A stretch of 40,093 nucleotides of DNA from NCBI GenBank assembly GCA_016928955.1, contig JAFGJV010000048.1, forward strand, positions 62,001-102,093, given 5' to 3'. The notes beneath the pieces were generated by a model. The model had not been told where the DNA came from and searched no databases. It worked only from the letters and a program-made list of their open reading frames with translations. Made by a program: the position numbers and the translations under genes. Positions 25,801 to 33,421 of the stretch are shown one piece after another (the stretch's first letter is position 1; each line of letters starts with the position of its first letter). The DNA is from Spirochaetales bacterium (lineage in GTDB: Bacteria; Spirochaetota; Spirochaetia; Treponematales; UBA12059).

Positions 25801-28800
25801 GCTCACGCCGCCCGCGGCCACGCTGATACTGCCCGTGCTTTCCGTCACGGTGAACAGGCCGCCGGTCACGGAGTTCGAGCCTGAAAGACCCAGGGTGTTG
25901 GCCGCTCCCACGCTGGATGCATAGACAACGTCGCCCGTGGCGCCAGCGCCGCCGTTCGTAAGGCCGGCGCTCAGAACCATATTGGCACCGGACAAATTGA
26001 TGCCGTCATTGGCGCTGACCGTGAGCGCTGTCCCGCCTATCACGCCCGCTCCCGCCACCGCGTCCGCGGCTGTAAGCGACACGGTGCCTCCGGTCACGGC
26101 ATGGCCTATGTTCAGGTTTGTTCCCGCCTGCAGGGTCACAGACGCGCTGGACGACAGCGCGGCGGCCGTGCTCAGCGAGTCGCCGGAATACAGGTCCAGG
26201 ATGCCGGCTCCGGTGTTTATTACCACGGCCGGCAGGGTCAGCAGGTCGGACACGTGCACCCACAGGGGAGCGTCCGCCGCCATGTTAGGCGCGGAAAGGC
26301 TTAAATTCCCGGTATGCGTGACGTAGGCTCCGGCCAAGGCCGAAGCCTGGCCCAGGTTGAGCGTGGTTGTAGACACGCCCGGGTTGGACGCCAGGGAGTT
26401 CAAGGGCGAGCCCAGGGCGCCTACCACACCGAAACTGCCGGCCTGGGTTTGGAGGTTGAGGATGTCCGACACCACGCTACCTATGCCGCCTATCGCTCCG
26501 GCCCCCAGGGTGTCCAGGCTGACCGTTCCGGCTCCCGAGTTGACCAAGCCGGATACGGTGATGGCGCCAGTATTGCGTATGGTTACCGTGCCGCCCGAGT
26601 ACTGGCTGATGTTGCTGACGGTCAGCGGCGCTGCCGTGTTATAAAGTTCAATGGCTCCTGACGCGGTATTGGTCGCCGTAAACGAGCCAACCGTATTGGC
26701 CTGGGTCAAGGCTGCTCCGCCCACGGATGTGACAGTCAGGCCCGCGGCGCTTACGACCCCGGACTGGCTGATGGGCCCGTCAGCGTTGACGGTCAGGGTG
26801 CCCGTGATGACGGACGCGTCCAGGATGATACCGGATGCGTCAATGACGCTGGCATTGGTGCCTGAGCTTATTATGAAGGTGCCAAAGTCGCTGGTGGCCA
26901 CGTCCAGGACCAGGGACTGGGCGGCGGGCAGGGCAAAGCTGGCAGTGCCGGGCACGGTTAGGATTCCCATGTCGGTGGCCGTGCCGGATGTCATGGCCAC
27001 GCTCAGGTCCGCGACCAAGGTGATGCTCGGCAGGGCCAGGGCCGTGCCGCCGCCAAGACTCAGGGAGCCCAGGGGGTCAAGGGAGCCGATAGCCGCGCCC
27101 AGGCTGAGAGTGCCCGTGCCCGCGTACAGAAAGAGCGACTCCGTCACGCCGCCGGCCGTCCCGTCTATGGTGGCCGCGGCGCCAAAGCTGAGGTTTCCGG
27201 CGCCGGCGCCCGTGCTGACCGTGGGGCTTGCCGTCTCGGCCAGGACCACCGGGCGCTGGAACTCTATGAGGCCGGCGTTGGTGCCCACGTTGGCGCCCAG
27301 CCTGACGGGAGCCCGGAGCGAAAGGCTCCGGCCGGCGTCCGTGTTGGTGAAAGCGCTGTCTATGCGTATAAGGCCGGGCGTGGCGTCGTCGCCCTCTATG
27401 ATCAGGTTGGGCACGGCCGTATTGACGGCCGCCGCCAGGGTGATGGCGCCTGTAAATCCGTCAGCGCCCAGGGTGACCGACGCAAAGCCCGTGCCCAGTA
27501 TGGTTAGGAGCTCAGCGCTGGTCAGGTCCAGGGAGCCAGGTCCCGCGTCCGCTGCGGCTCCCAGGTTGATAGGCTGGGTGGCCGTGACCGGGCGGAGGGT
27601 CAGGGTGCCCGTGCCGTACACGGAAGCCGCTACTCCCGCCGTCAGGTTGATCTCGTCCGCGCTGACCGTAAGCGACAGGGCGCCCACGTTGAAGCGGCCG
27701 AGCGCAATCGTCGAGCCTGACAGACCTATAAGCTCGGTGGCGGCCCCGAGGCTCATGCCCCCGGCCAGGGAGGTGGACGCTGAAAGACCGCCCGAGAAGC
27801 TGCTGGTCCCCGAAAAGCTGAGCGCCGCGGCTCCTGACAGGGTAAGGACGCCTAGGTTTGCCGTGGCCGCCTGGGTGACCGCGTTCACGGCCAGGGTGCC
27901 GGCGCCGCTGGCGGCCACGCCCAGGCCGGCCGCGCGTATCTTGGCCAGATCGGCGTTGGACAGGGTGCAGGCAGCTACCGCCGTACCAAGGCCCACCGTG
28001 GTCCCGGCAGGTGCATGGATGGACAGCGTGTTGGCGCCCGCGTCTATGGCGTACAGGTCCGCCGAGCTGAGAACGACATCCGCCGCGGTAATGATGGTCG
28101 GGACGGCGCAGGACGCGTGGCCCGCGCTGACGGTCAGGGTGCCCGCCACGCCGGTATCCGCGCCCAGGGCCAGGGTGCCGCCGGCCAGGCTCAGGTTGAA
28201 GTAATCCGTAACGCCGTAGTCAAAGACCGCGCCAGAGCCTGCCGTGGCGTAGCGGAAGGTACCTGTGTTGGTGTCCTGGGTGCCTATGGTGTGCGTGGTC
28301 TGCTCGCCGCTCAGGGCCACGATGCCGTCGTTGACCAGCGTCGCTATGTCAAAGTTATTGCCGCCCAGATCCAGGGTTTGGTTCGCGCCCAACGTGAGGA
28401 CGCCGCTTACGTTCAGGGCTCCGGACACGGTGGTGGTATCCGTGCCGCCGGATACGGACAGGTTGTTAAAGGTCTGGCCTCCCGTGGACACGGCCTGGCC
28501 GACCGTGCCGTTCAGGGCCATGGTGCCCGTGCTGGTCAGGGTACCCGTGATGGTCAGGGTCCCGCCCACGGTCACCGTTCCAGAGCTTGCCAAGGTGCCT
28601 TCCAGGGTCAGGTTGCCCGTTACCGTAACCGCGTAGGCGTTTGCCGTGAGCGTGGCGCCCGGCTCAACGCTCAGCGCCGACAGGGTGGCCGGGATAGCGT
28701 TCAGGATGGGCTGGTAGGTGGCCGGCCGTATGACCACGCGGGATCCCGCGGGGGGCACGGCTCCCAGGCTCCAGTTGGCAGCCGTGAACCAGTTGGTCTC

Positions 28801-30615
28801 GTTGCCGGCGGTTCCACCCAGCCATTTGTACGCGCTGGTATCGGTAACCGTGATGATCTTGTCGTCGGATACCGCGTAGTTGCTGCCCGAGTCAAAGGAC
28901 AGGGTGAGGCGCCCCGAGCCCTCGGCCGTGGTGGTGTTCACCTGGAGGCCGCTGATGGTCAGCGTGTCGCCCGCCGCCACGTTCGGAGGCGTGTTGAGGT
29001 TGACGTAAAGGACCGTGTTTCCCGACTCGTAAGCCGTGGACGCTACCCGGGCCGCCATGGCCCCGCCATAAGTGGGCGTGATCGCGGCGTTGAATGTAAG
29101 GCCCAGGCCTGCGGGCAGTTTGACGCGAATGTCCCCGGTGCCAGTGATGGAACCAGCCCCCACCTGGGTGACGGTCAGCTGGTTCAAGGCCACGTTACTC
29201 TGGGCTATGTTGATAGTCTGGCTGGCGGACATGGACAGGGTGGGAGCCGCGCCCGCGGAGAACAGGGTTTGGACCGTGCCGTTGGCCACCGCGTTGGGAA
29301 GGTCGTCGTCCAGGGCGGATGTCCCCGCGGCCCCGTCGGTTTCCACGCTGACGGTCACGAGTTCGGCCACGGCGTCCGTCAGGTTGAAGCTGACCATGCC
29401 GTCCGAATTGGTGGTGAGTATGGCGCCGGCCCCCGCCGCGCCGCCATTGATCCGGCCCGAGCCCGAGGGATCCACCCAGAGGTCGATCACATAGGGCACG
29501 GGATTGCCCGACGCGTCCACCACCTGGGCCGTGATGCTCTCCGTATCCACGCCGTCTGACAGGGCCACGCCGTCCTGCCCGCCCACGACCACGTGGTCGG
29601 CCGCCGCCGGCGTGTACGGATAGGAATAGGTCCTGTACACCTGGGCATCCGGCACGGCGGGAGTTGTGGCGCCCGATGTATCGTCATCCGCCCCGTTCCA
29701 CCAGAAATAGGCTTCAGACGTGTTGATATAGGCCGGTGTGTTCTTGTTGTTGTATACCGCCCGCCAGGTGCCCCCGTCCTGGCCGGCCGGGATCAGGATG
29801 CCGTTGTTCTTGTATTCCTGGGTTCCGCTGAAGTAGGAGCTGGGCGGTCCAGCCGGCATGGTGACCTGGAGCGTACCGACCTTGTTGTACAGCCAGCCTT
29901 CCAGCAGGATGCCATTGTCGGTTCCCACGCAGTCGAAGTCCCAGTTTGAGTATTCCAGGTACTTGCCCTCGTCCCCGGCGGGTATGAAGGGGTAGAATTC
30001 GTAGTCCACGTCGCCCCAGAGGGCCACGTTCCAGCTGTAGGAGAAGGTGCGCACGCCGCTCACGCCAGACGGCGAGACGCCGGCGGTGCCGTTGTAGGAT
30101 ATGTCTACCTGGTAGGAGTTCTTATCAACGCCCGTGTTAGCTACGGCCACGATCTTGAAATAATACTTGTTGCCTATATGCTCGCCCTGGGAAGGGAGAA
30201 CCCCGGAAAAGTAGCGCCAACCGGCATAGTTGAGATTGGTAGCATCGATCTGGGCCAGGATGGTCCCTGTGGTGGCCTCTCCCAGATCGGCGAACGAAAG
30301 CCGCCTTGACGTTGGGTCACTCAGCGTGCCCGAGCCGCCTATCAGGTAAAAGGTCGTTGTTCCCGTTCCACCGGCATCAGGCGCCGTATTGCTGTTTCTG
30401 GAATCGTTCACGCCGAAATACAGCGTGTCGTTGACGCTGTCCGGCACCTCGAAAAAACTCACGTTGTATATGTCGAAGCCGCCGAGCGCCGTGTCATAGC
30501 TGATGCTGAGCCAGGCGTTGGGATTGGCGGGCATGCGGCTGGTCTGGGCCACTGCGGGTGCGGCCAGAAGGCAGAGAACGAGGGCGCTGAAAGCTATCAT
30601 CTTGCATCGTGTCAT
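19816..30615 (-). CDS. Giant (3599 aa) secreted/surface protein: signal peptide, Ig-like (Big_1-like) domain, long G/T/A-rich beta-helical repeat region, C-terminal FlgD-Ig/CTD-like domain
   Basis: Uninterrupted ORF with an AVA-Q signal peptide and GGGAG SD. Contains ITAQVVDASGNPVP, WLGG...NW...NW...VP, FHA-like repeats and C-terminal VTIAVFTLDGDVV...SWDGRNDGGRPVARGVYFIRV...RKVMVVR. Confidence 0.9.
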   Translation of the reverse strand: MTRCKMIAFSALVLCLLAAPAVAQTSRMPANPNAWLSISYDTALGGFDIYNVSFFEVPDSVNDTLYFGVNDSRNSNTAPDAGGTGTTTFYLIGGSGTLSDPTSRRLSFADLGEATTGTILAQIDATNLNYAGWRYFSGVLPSQGEHIGNKYYFKIVAVANTGVDKNSYQVDISYNGTAGVSPSGVSGVRTFSYSWNVALWGDVDYEFYPFIPAGDEGKYLEYSNWDFDCVGTDNGILLEGWLYNKVGTLQVTMPAGPPSSYFSGTQEYKNNGILIPAGQDGGTWRAVYNNKNTPAYINTSEAYFWWNGADDDTSGATTPAVPDAQVYRTYSYPYTPAAADHVVVGGQDGVALSDGVDTESITAQVVDASGNPVPYVIDLWVDPSGSGRINGGAAGAGAILTTNSDGMVSFNLTDAVAELVTVSVETDGAAGTSALDDDLPNAVANGTVQTLFSAGAAPTLSMSASQTINIAQSNVALNQLTVTQVGAGSITGTGDIRVKLPAGLGLTFNAAITPTYGGAMAARVASTAYESGNTVLYVNLNTPPNVAAGDTLTISGLQVNTTTAEGSGRLTLSFDSGSNYAVSDDKIITVTDTSAYKWLGGTAGNETNWFTAANWSLGAVPPAGSRVVIRPATYQPILNAIPATLSALSVEPGATLTANAYAVTVTGNLTLEGTLASSGTVTVGGTLTITGTLTSTGTMALNGTVGQAVSTGGQTFNNLSVSGGTDTTTVSGALNVSGVLTLGANQTLDLGGNNFDIATLVNDGIVALSGEQTTHTIGTQDTNTGTFRYATAGSGAVFDYGVTDYFNLSLAGGTLALGADTGVAGTLTVSAGHASCAVPTIITAADVVLSSADLYAIDAGANTLSIHAPAGTTVGLGTAVAACTLSNADLAKIRAAGLGVAASGAGTLAVNAVTQAATANLGVLTLSGAAALSFSGTSSFSGGLSASTSLAGGMSLGAATELIGLSGSTIALGRFNVGALSLTVSADEINLTAGVAASVYGTGTLTLRPVTATQPINLGAAADAGPGSLDLTSAELLTILGTGFASVTLGADGFTGAITLAAAVNTAVPNLIIEGDDATPGLIRIDSAFTNTDAGRSLSLRAPVRLGANVGTNAGLIEFQRPVVLAETASPTVSTGAGAGNLSFGAAATIDGTAGGVTESLFLYAGTGTLSLGAAIGSLDPLGSLSLGGGTALALPSITLVADLSVAMTSGTATDMGILTVPGTASFALPAAQSLVLDVATSDFGTFIISSGTNASVIDASGIILDASVITGTLTVNADGPISQSGVVSAAGLTVTSVGGAALTQANTVGSFTATNTASGAIELYNTAAPLTVSNISQYSGGTVTIRNTGAITVSGLVNSGAGTVSLDTLGAGAIGGIGSVVSDILNLQTQAGSFGVVGALGSPLNSLASNPGVSTTTLNLGQASALAGAYVTHTGNLSLSAPNMAADAPLWVHVSDLLTLPAVVINTGAGILDLYSGDSLSTAAALSSSASVTLQAGTNLNIGHAVTGGTVSLTAADAVAGAGVIGGTALTVSANDGINLSGANMVLSAGLTNGGAGATGDVVYASSVGAANTLGLSGSNSVTGGLFTVTESTGSISVAAGGVSTANGDISLTASGLGELLTVAGALGNGGGANTATILLVADDMNLAAAITAGAGNVTLRPQNAATVIRLGGGIGGLLLGDPELDVVTTTGNLTVGDASQTGGIVVEGPVTRTGNLILATGASITCVAGTLSATGSLSLEAVSGIGVIPAASVAIGTVGGTLSATNTTSGDLFLSTAAVTLGGANPALSQWAGGALRVDSSGNIIIAGDLDVGPAGSIALNATGTITEQTAGAGTLIAGTVNLGSAGGTTIVGDASAPILTQAANLAGAASTGGFWLSNAGSAATAGTISAGTVLDLRSTSGLGLGHDVSGGSSVTLTVTDAGGTLAHTAGTISSGAGSVTLAADTMNFAVATSITAATAVAIYPNDLARPVSLGAGALAGSLGLSDAELDTISTVGTLTIGRPTHAGAIQTDGIATLTNASGPVILRTTSGGINLANNLSVAGSSLTLETTAAVVGAGALSVNAGAGTLTVSANDGISLGNPANSAGAAVLTNGASSGNIVYANAGALGVTANNGFAGGTLTLSTAAGILTVSGASGTTGPGAADISLSGAGGVALNAALVAGGSGYLSISGGGATQSTAFTAPGGLRLSGTGSFALTQANAAATLAAAVTGPVSLSVNGPLDLGSVAGTNGVSITGANALTLRAAGTVSQTQSASVPDGTVDIATLHATGANIELGALANDASVLSLRTLDAGGTLARAGTLAWLDASGFTLSALSSTAWATIQGGGGATHDITQSGDLALGGLLTITAGLGDAILDRATNALSSVNVPSSAVLSINDADGYTLNACLATGSITAASAAGGIVVAGPLSTAGAAGMDIDLNPLVGITLSYAGTVAATNGGAVYFRRPVTLTADAAVDTDAAAGTAAAGAVSFASTVGGASSLVLDASADGGGANGQITFPDDVSGLSALSATGDVAFTDSAVVVTTTGNQDYLGPVTLASNAVFTANAGSVVRFGGTLTGSSSALTVTTADARFDGNASAITTLSVDGLVAINADITTSGAQSYHGNATVGTSAALLAGAGTIVFDGGVAESAASTLTLQDGAATGNVTFSGFVDLSGLIFGGGAYAVTMNGGCDVVSPVTFANTGNVNLGDGDLDDFLFQGGLISNVTGFNQFRGVVRTGGAAGNDMSLDDLSVVTTLTLDSGLGSLGITGTAAVGAGETLDLSDSNFTIATLDLTDDSSVLRLTGTQATHAFTAFDTAAGVVEYYGSDPASQVFTTGFSGGTYRNLRIAGSGAGVHTLAGDVTVMNSLHVLTGVLDYGLTATNLVINNEWRNDVGHTGFIARSGTVTFDPTLSTIYIYGNNSWFVFHCSKPGTTILFENAMTQRIVSGGIFRVRGTAWGAATQITLNRMTPGADPSNPPLAPAEDALFWFFEFMPGPTTFDMQYVDVFYSNARAYPVSVPPDVHATPYNVHFCFKWLDYLYSVYSYTEDSDYDGKLDRIRVTTEGPVNADFSGFLAEVAGYEVDTNVGDNGYSCPSLVNPTTFYIHLVEKPYLDTGVLPDWHIVANTSLMDVPEQKFVGTLSRTGGSDWMTPGDGAWPIIGYTLTVPQNDGTFVHFSEPVAKSGRTGPIDLADFMGATGFLSVSGTASGTIEAVADYGTYAMADLMAGMSTMTVVASSEDLGEPPFWDVAYNSQIIGPDPPTWPPITGYTSDPSVDYSQYPPAPPTLPLDRPAFTLGRGSKNTHRVSDLLVSVQPSADPGSWSAANPDSWFVWPIWAKDSGYLPGDVSTFEPLSPAESANVTVGLVRAFDGTQWLRDQDIVMQSRLNPVLVAVSPTMFFDSNVDERYVSAVPGIWLPEYLEVDFSGLAAYPNLAFPSGGVYTQACTDDGGGLWGNSFDADHPEIHDRATLDFWFRLSGTPTDLYAGRLDMQAGAAALPAEWYRLVRPFSFDIRDLKTQRGGVTILNNVIDPTTGERTRLNYVLDEEGPVTIAVFTLDGDVVTVLQRGRQAPGDYTVSWDGRNDGGRPVARGVYFIRVVAPGMDEIRKVMVVRN

Positions 30616-30641
30616 GTGGTCGGCTCCCTTGGCTCTCTACT

Positions 30642-30670
30642 ATTATAGCCACAGGATGGCGTACTTCCAA
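30642..30670 (-). promoter_or_regulatory. Putative sigma70 promoter of the giant surface protein
   Basis: TTGGAA(30670-30665)-17-TATAAT(30647-30642). Confidence 0.65.
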
Positions 30671-30691
30671 TCAGGATGGTGGCGCTTTTAC

Positions 30692-30719
30692 TTGAAGAAA
30701 CGCTAAAGTGAATTATAGT
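30692..30719 (+). promoter_or_regulatory. Putative promoter of the lipoprotein gene, leaderless configuration
   Basis: TTGAAG(30692-30697)-16-TATAGT(30714-30719), 7 nt before ATG 30727, no SD. Confidence 0.55.
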
Positions 30720-30726
30720 TAACTCT

Positions 30727-31290
30727 ATGGAATCGCTGAGGCGCTTCATATCCAAGGTTGCCGCAGGGGCGCTCATTTTGGGCATAGTAGGCTGTGAGAG
30801 TCCGCAGGACCCTATTCTGGAAGAGCTGTACGTTCAATTCTCGCTGGACGGAACAGCTATTGACCTCAGGGCCGGTCCCGAGGGCAGCGCGGAACAGAGT
30901 TCGGGCGGCACCGTGACCGTGCTGGGAACTCCATGCGCCTATGAGCAAGACGGCTCTATCGTCATAGAGGCATCCCTTTCCATCTATGCCTATTCCCAAT
31001 CCTTTATATCCGGGGAAGGAAAGCTGTACCTGGAGATACCGGGCTTAAGCATCGGAAGCTACACGCTCAACAGCACAAGCGCGGGAAACGTTGTCTGGGA
31101 CTGGCCGAACATGATTGTAAGCGGGGAAACATGGCATATCGACCTGGAACTGACTTCCTTCGGCCCCCCGGGTGGCACGGCGGAAGGCAGTTTTTCAGGG
31201 GCCTTGACCACTGATGGTACCAATACCTACGCCGTGACGGATGGCGTCTTCCGCGTCCGTGTCTATCCCGAACTGGCCCCCGGCTCATGA
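30727..31290 (+). CDS. Putative beta-rich lipoprotein of unknown function
   Basis: MESLRRFISKVAAGALILGIVGC lipobox. C-terminal GTAEGSFSG...VTDGVFRV beta-strand pattern. Confidence 0.7.
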   Translation: MESLRRFISKVAAGALILGIVGCESPQDPILEELYVQFSLDGTAIDLRAGPEGSAEQSSGGTVTVLGTPCAYEQDGSIVIEASLSIYAYSQSFISGEGKLYLEIPGLSIGSYTLNSTSAGNVVWDWPNMIVSGETWHIDLELTSFGPPGGTAEGSFSGALTTDGTNTYAVTDGVFRVRVYPELAPGS

Positions 31291-31315
31291 TTGTAGCGTG
31301 TTGAGCATTTTAGGC

Positions 31316-31342
31316 TTGACAAGGTGTCATTTTCTGTCATTT
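31316..31342 (+). promoter_or_regulatory. -35 box with overlapping putative operator upstream of the acyl-CoA ligase
   Basis: TTGACA at 31316. TGACA-agg-TGTCA palindrome and TGTCATTT direct repeat (31325, 31335). Confidence 0.5.
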
Positions 31343-31402
31343 ATATATGGATTACAGAATATCCGTTCAGCACGATAGGCGACCCGCCTGAAAGGATTCT
31401 CA

Positions 31403-33037
31403 ATGTACCGTTTGCCCGTATACACGCTTCGCGAGCTTGTCGTCAACAGCCCGGCACACTACGGGCACCGTCCCTGCGTGGGCTGGGTTGGCGGGGAAGG
31501 CACCAGCTACGCGTCCTTTGGCATGGCTGCCCTGGCTTTGGCAAAGCGGTTGCGCGACGAGGGGCTCAAGCCGGGCGACCGCGTGGCCATCCTGTCCGAG
31601 AACCGGCCTGAGTGGGGCGTGGCGTACCTGGCCGTGACGGCCGCGGGCCTGGTGGCCGTGCCCATACTGACGGACTTTACCCAGGACCAGGTAAGGAACA
31701 TCGTCACCCACGCCGGTTGCGAAGCGGCCATCGTGTCCGACAAGCTCAAGGCAAAGCTGGGCCACACGGCCAAGCGCGTCTTACCCATGGAAGGCCTTGT
31801 GAACAACCTGCCGGTCCCGCCCGCGTCGCCTGCGGAGCTCACGGCTCTCCTGGCCAAGGCCTTCCCGGCCCTGCCCGAGGACCAGCTGGCCGTCATCATA
31901 TACACATCCGGTACCACGGGCACGTCCAAGGGCGTCATGCTCAGCCACAAGAACCTGGTGTGGGACGCCTGGGCCACGCGCTCCATCATCATACTCAGGC
32001 GCAACGACCGGCTCTTATCGGTGCTTCCCCTGGCTCACACCTACGAGTGCACCATTGGCTTCATAGGCCCGTTCATGCAGGGCTGTTCCATGTGGTACCT
32101 GGACCGGCCGCCCACGGCCTCCGTGCTGGTACCGGCCATGGAAACCGTGCGCCCCACGGTGATGTGCACCGTGCCCCTGATCATCGAGAAAACCTACCGG
32201 CTCAGCGTCAAGCCAGCACTGGAGAAAATAGGCCTCTATAAAAGCCCGCTCTTCCGCAAACTGCTCATCAGGGTGGCGGGCAAGAAGCTGTACAAGACCT
32301 TTGGCGGACGGCTCAGGTTCTTTGGCGTGGGAGGCGCCGGCCTTGCCGCCGACGTTGAGCAGTTCCTAATCGACGCCCGCTTCCCCTACGCCATAGGCTA
32401 CGGCCTGACGGAGACAGCGCCCCTGATCGCGGGCTGCGCGCCCTTCCGGACCGCCCTCCGCTCCACGGGCCCCGCGCTCAAGGGCGTGGATCTGCGCATA
32501 GCCGACCCGGACCCTGCCACCGGAGACGGCGAGATCCAGGCGCGCGGGCCCAACGTGATGGCCGGCTACTACAAGGACCCCGAGCGGACCAAGGAAGTGT
32601 TCACGGAGGACGGCTGGTTCCGCACCGGCGACCTTGGCCACTTTGACAAGCGCGGGCGCCTGTACATACGCGGCAGGCTCAAGGCCATGATCCTGGGTGC
32701 GTCCGGCGAGAACATCTACCCCGAGGAAATAGAGTCGCTTCTCAACGCCCACGAGATGGTGGCGGAATCTGTGGTATATGGCGACGACAAAGGCCTGGCG
32801 GCTTTGGTACACCTGAAGCCGGACATTATCGAGAAGATAGAGGCAGCCGTGCAGGATCGCCTTGAGGACCTGGGCGACATGCTTGAGGGCATACGCAAGG
32901 AAGTCAACGCCAAGCTGTCGTCGTTCAGCAGGATACACAAGGTGCACATCCAGAAGGAACCGTTCGAAAAGACGCCCAGCCAGAAGATCAAACGCTTCCT
33001 CTATCCGCACAAGGGCGACGAACAGAAAAAACCCTGA
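31403..33037 (+). CDS. Long-chain-fatty-acid--CoA ligase (AMP-binding family)
   Basis: YTSGTTGTSKGVMLSH, LPLAHTYE, GYGLTET, GPNVMAGYYK, WFRTGDLG and GENIYPEEIE motifs. Confidence 0.92.
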   Translation: MYRLPVYTLRELVVNSPAHYGHRPCVGWVGGEGTSYASFGMAALALAKRLRDEGLKPGDRVAILSENRPEWGVAYLAVTAAGLVAVPILTDFTQDQVRNIVTHAGCEAAIVSDKLKAKLGHTAKRVLPMEGLVNNLPVPPASPAELTALLAKAFPALPEDQLAVIIYTSGTTGTSKGVMLSHKNLVWDAWATRSIIILRRNDRLLSVLPLAHTYECTIGFIGPFMQGCSMWYLDRPPTASVLVPAMETVRPTVMCTVPLIIEKTYRLSVKPALEKIGLYKSPLFRKLLIRVAGKKLYKTFGGRLRFFGVGGAGLAADVEQFLIDARFPYAIGYGLTETAPLIAGCAPFRTALRSTGPALKGVDLRIADPDPATGDGEIQARGPNVMAGYYKDPERTKEVFTEDGWFRTGDLGHFDKRGRLYIRGRLKAMILGASGENIYPEEIESLLNAHEMVAESVVYGDDKGLAALVHLKPDIIEKIEAAVQDRLEDLGDMLEGIRKEVNAKLSSFSRIHKVHIQKEPFEKTPSQKIKRFLYPHKGDEQKKP

Positions 33038-33045
33038 TGCTGCGC

Positions 33046-33072
33046 GGCGCCGGCCCTTTGCGGGCCGGCGCC
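33046..33072. terminator. GC-rich hairpin between convergent genes (likely terminator)
   Basis: GGCGCCGGCCC-tttgc-GGGCCGGCGCC, with no strong U-tract. Confidence 0.5.
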
Positions 33073-33093
33073 CCACATCCTGCCAACAGTCTG

Positions 33094-33321
33094 CTAGAGC
33101 ATGCCCAAGGCCTTGAGGATACCCGGCACCCGTTCCACCTGGGACGGGAACAGGTCTGCAGGCACGTTCTGGCCGCCCGCCTTGGCAAACACCTGGTGCC
33201 GGGCACAGTTCGAGCTGTCGCCCAGGCAATAGTTCTTCTTCATCAGGTTGGCCGTGGCCGGCTTTTCGGCCATCGTGTCGTTGAAGAAGGCGCATTTTGC
33301 CAAACATTCGCATTCCGCCAT
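33094..33321 (-). CDS. Small Cys-rich conserved hypothetical protein (75 aa)
   Basis: AGGAGG SD and its own promoter. Pattern C-x5-C-x-FFND...YC-x6-CAR...VP-x-DLFP resembles a small-protein family I recall from anaerobes. Confidence 0.75.
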   Translation of the reverse strand: MAECECLAKCAFFNDTMAEKPATANLMKKNYCLGDSSNCARHQVFAKAGGQNVPADLFPSQVERVPGILKALGML

Positions 33322-33351
33322 GGCATCCTCCTACGTTATGAGCATACGCCG

Positions 33352-33380
33352 AGCATAGCTCATCGAGCCGGCGGCCGCAA
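33352..33380 (-). promoter_or_regulatory. Putative promoter of the small Cys-rich gene
   Basis: TTGCGG(33380-33375)-17-TATGCT(33357-33352). TATGCTC is repeated 11 nt downstream. Confidence 0.5.
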
Positions 33381-33421
33381 ATGTGTGGGGGAAGCGGTAT
33401 TAGGGACGGCCCTACTCGCGG

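Noticed and set aside
22000..29600. Many 100-500 aa plus-strand ORFs opposite the giant gene
   Set aside because: Stop-poor antisense frames of a repetitive GC-rich CDS, with no RBS or domain motifs.
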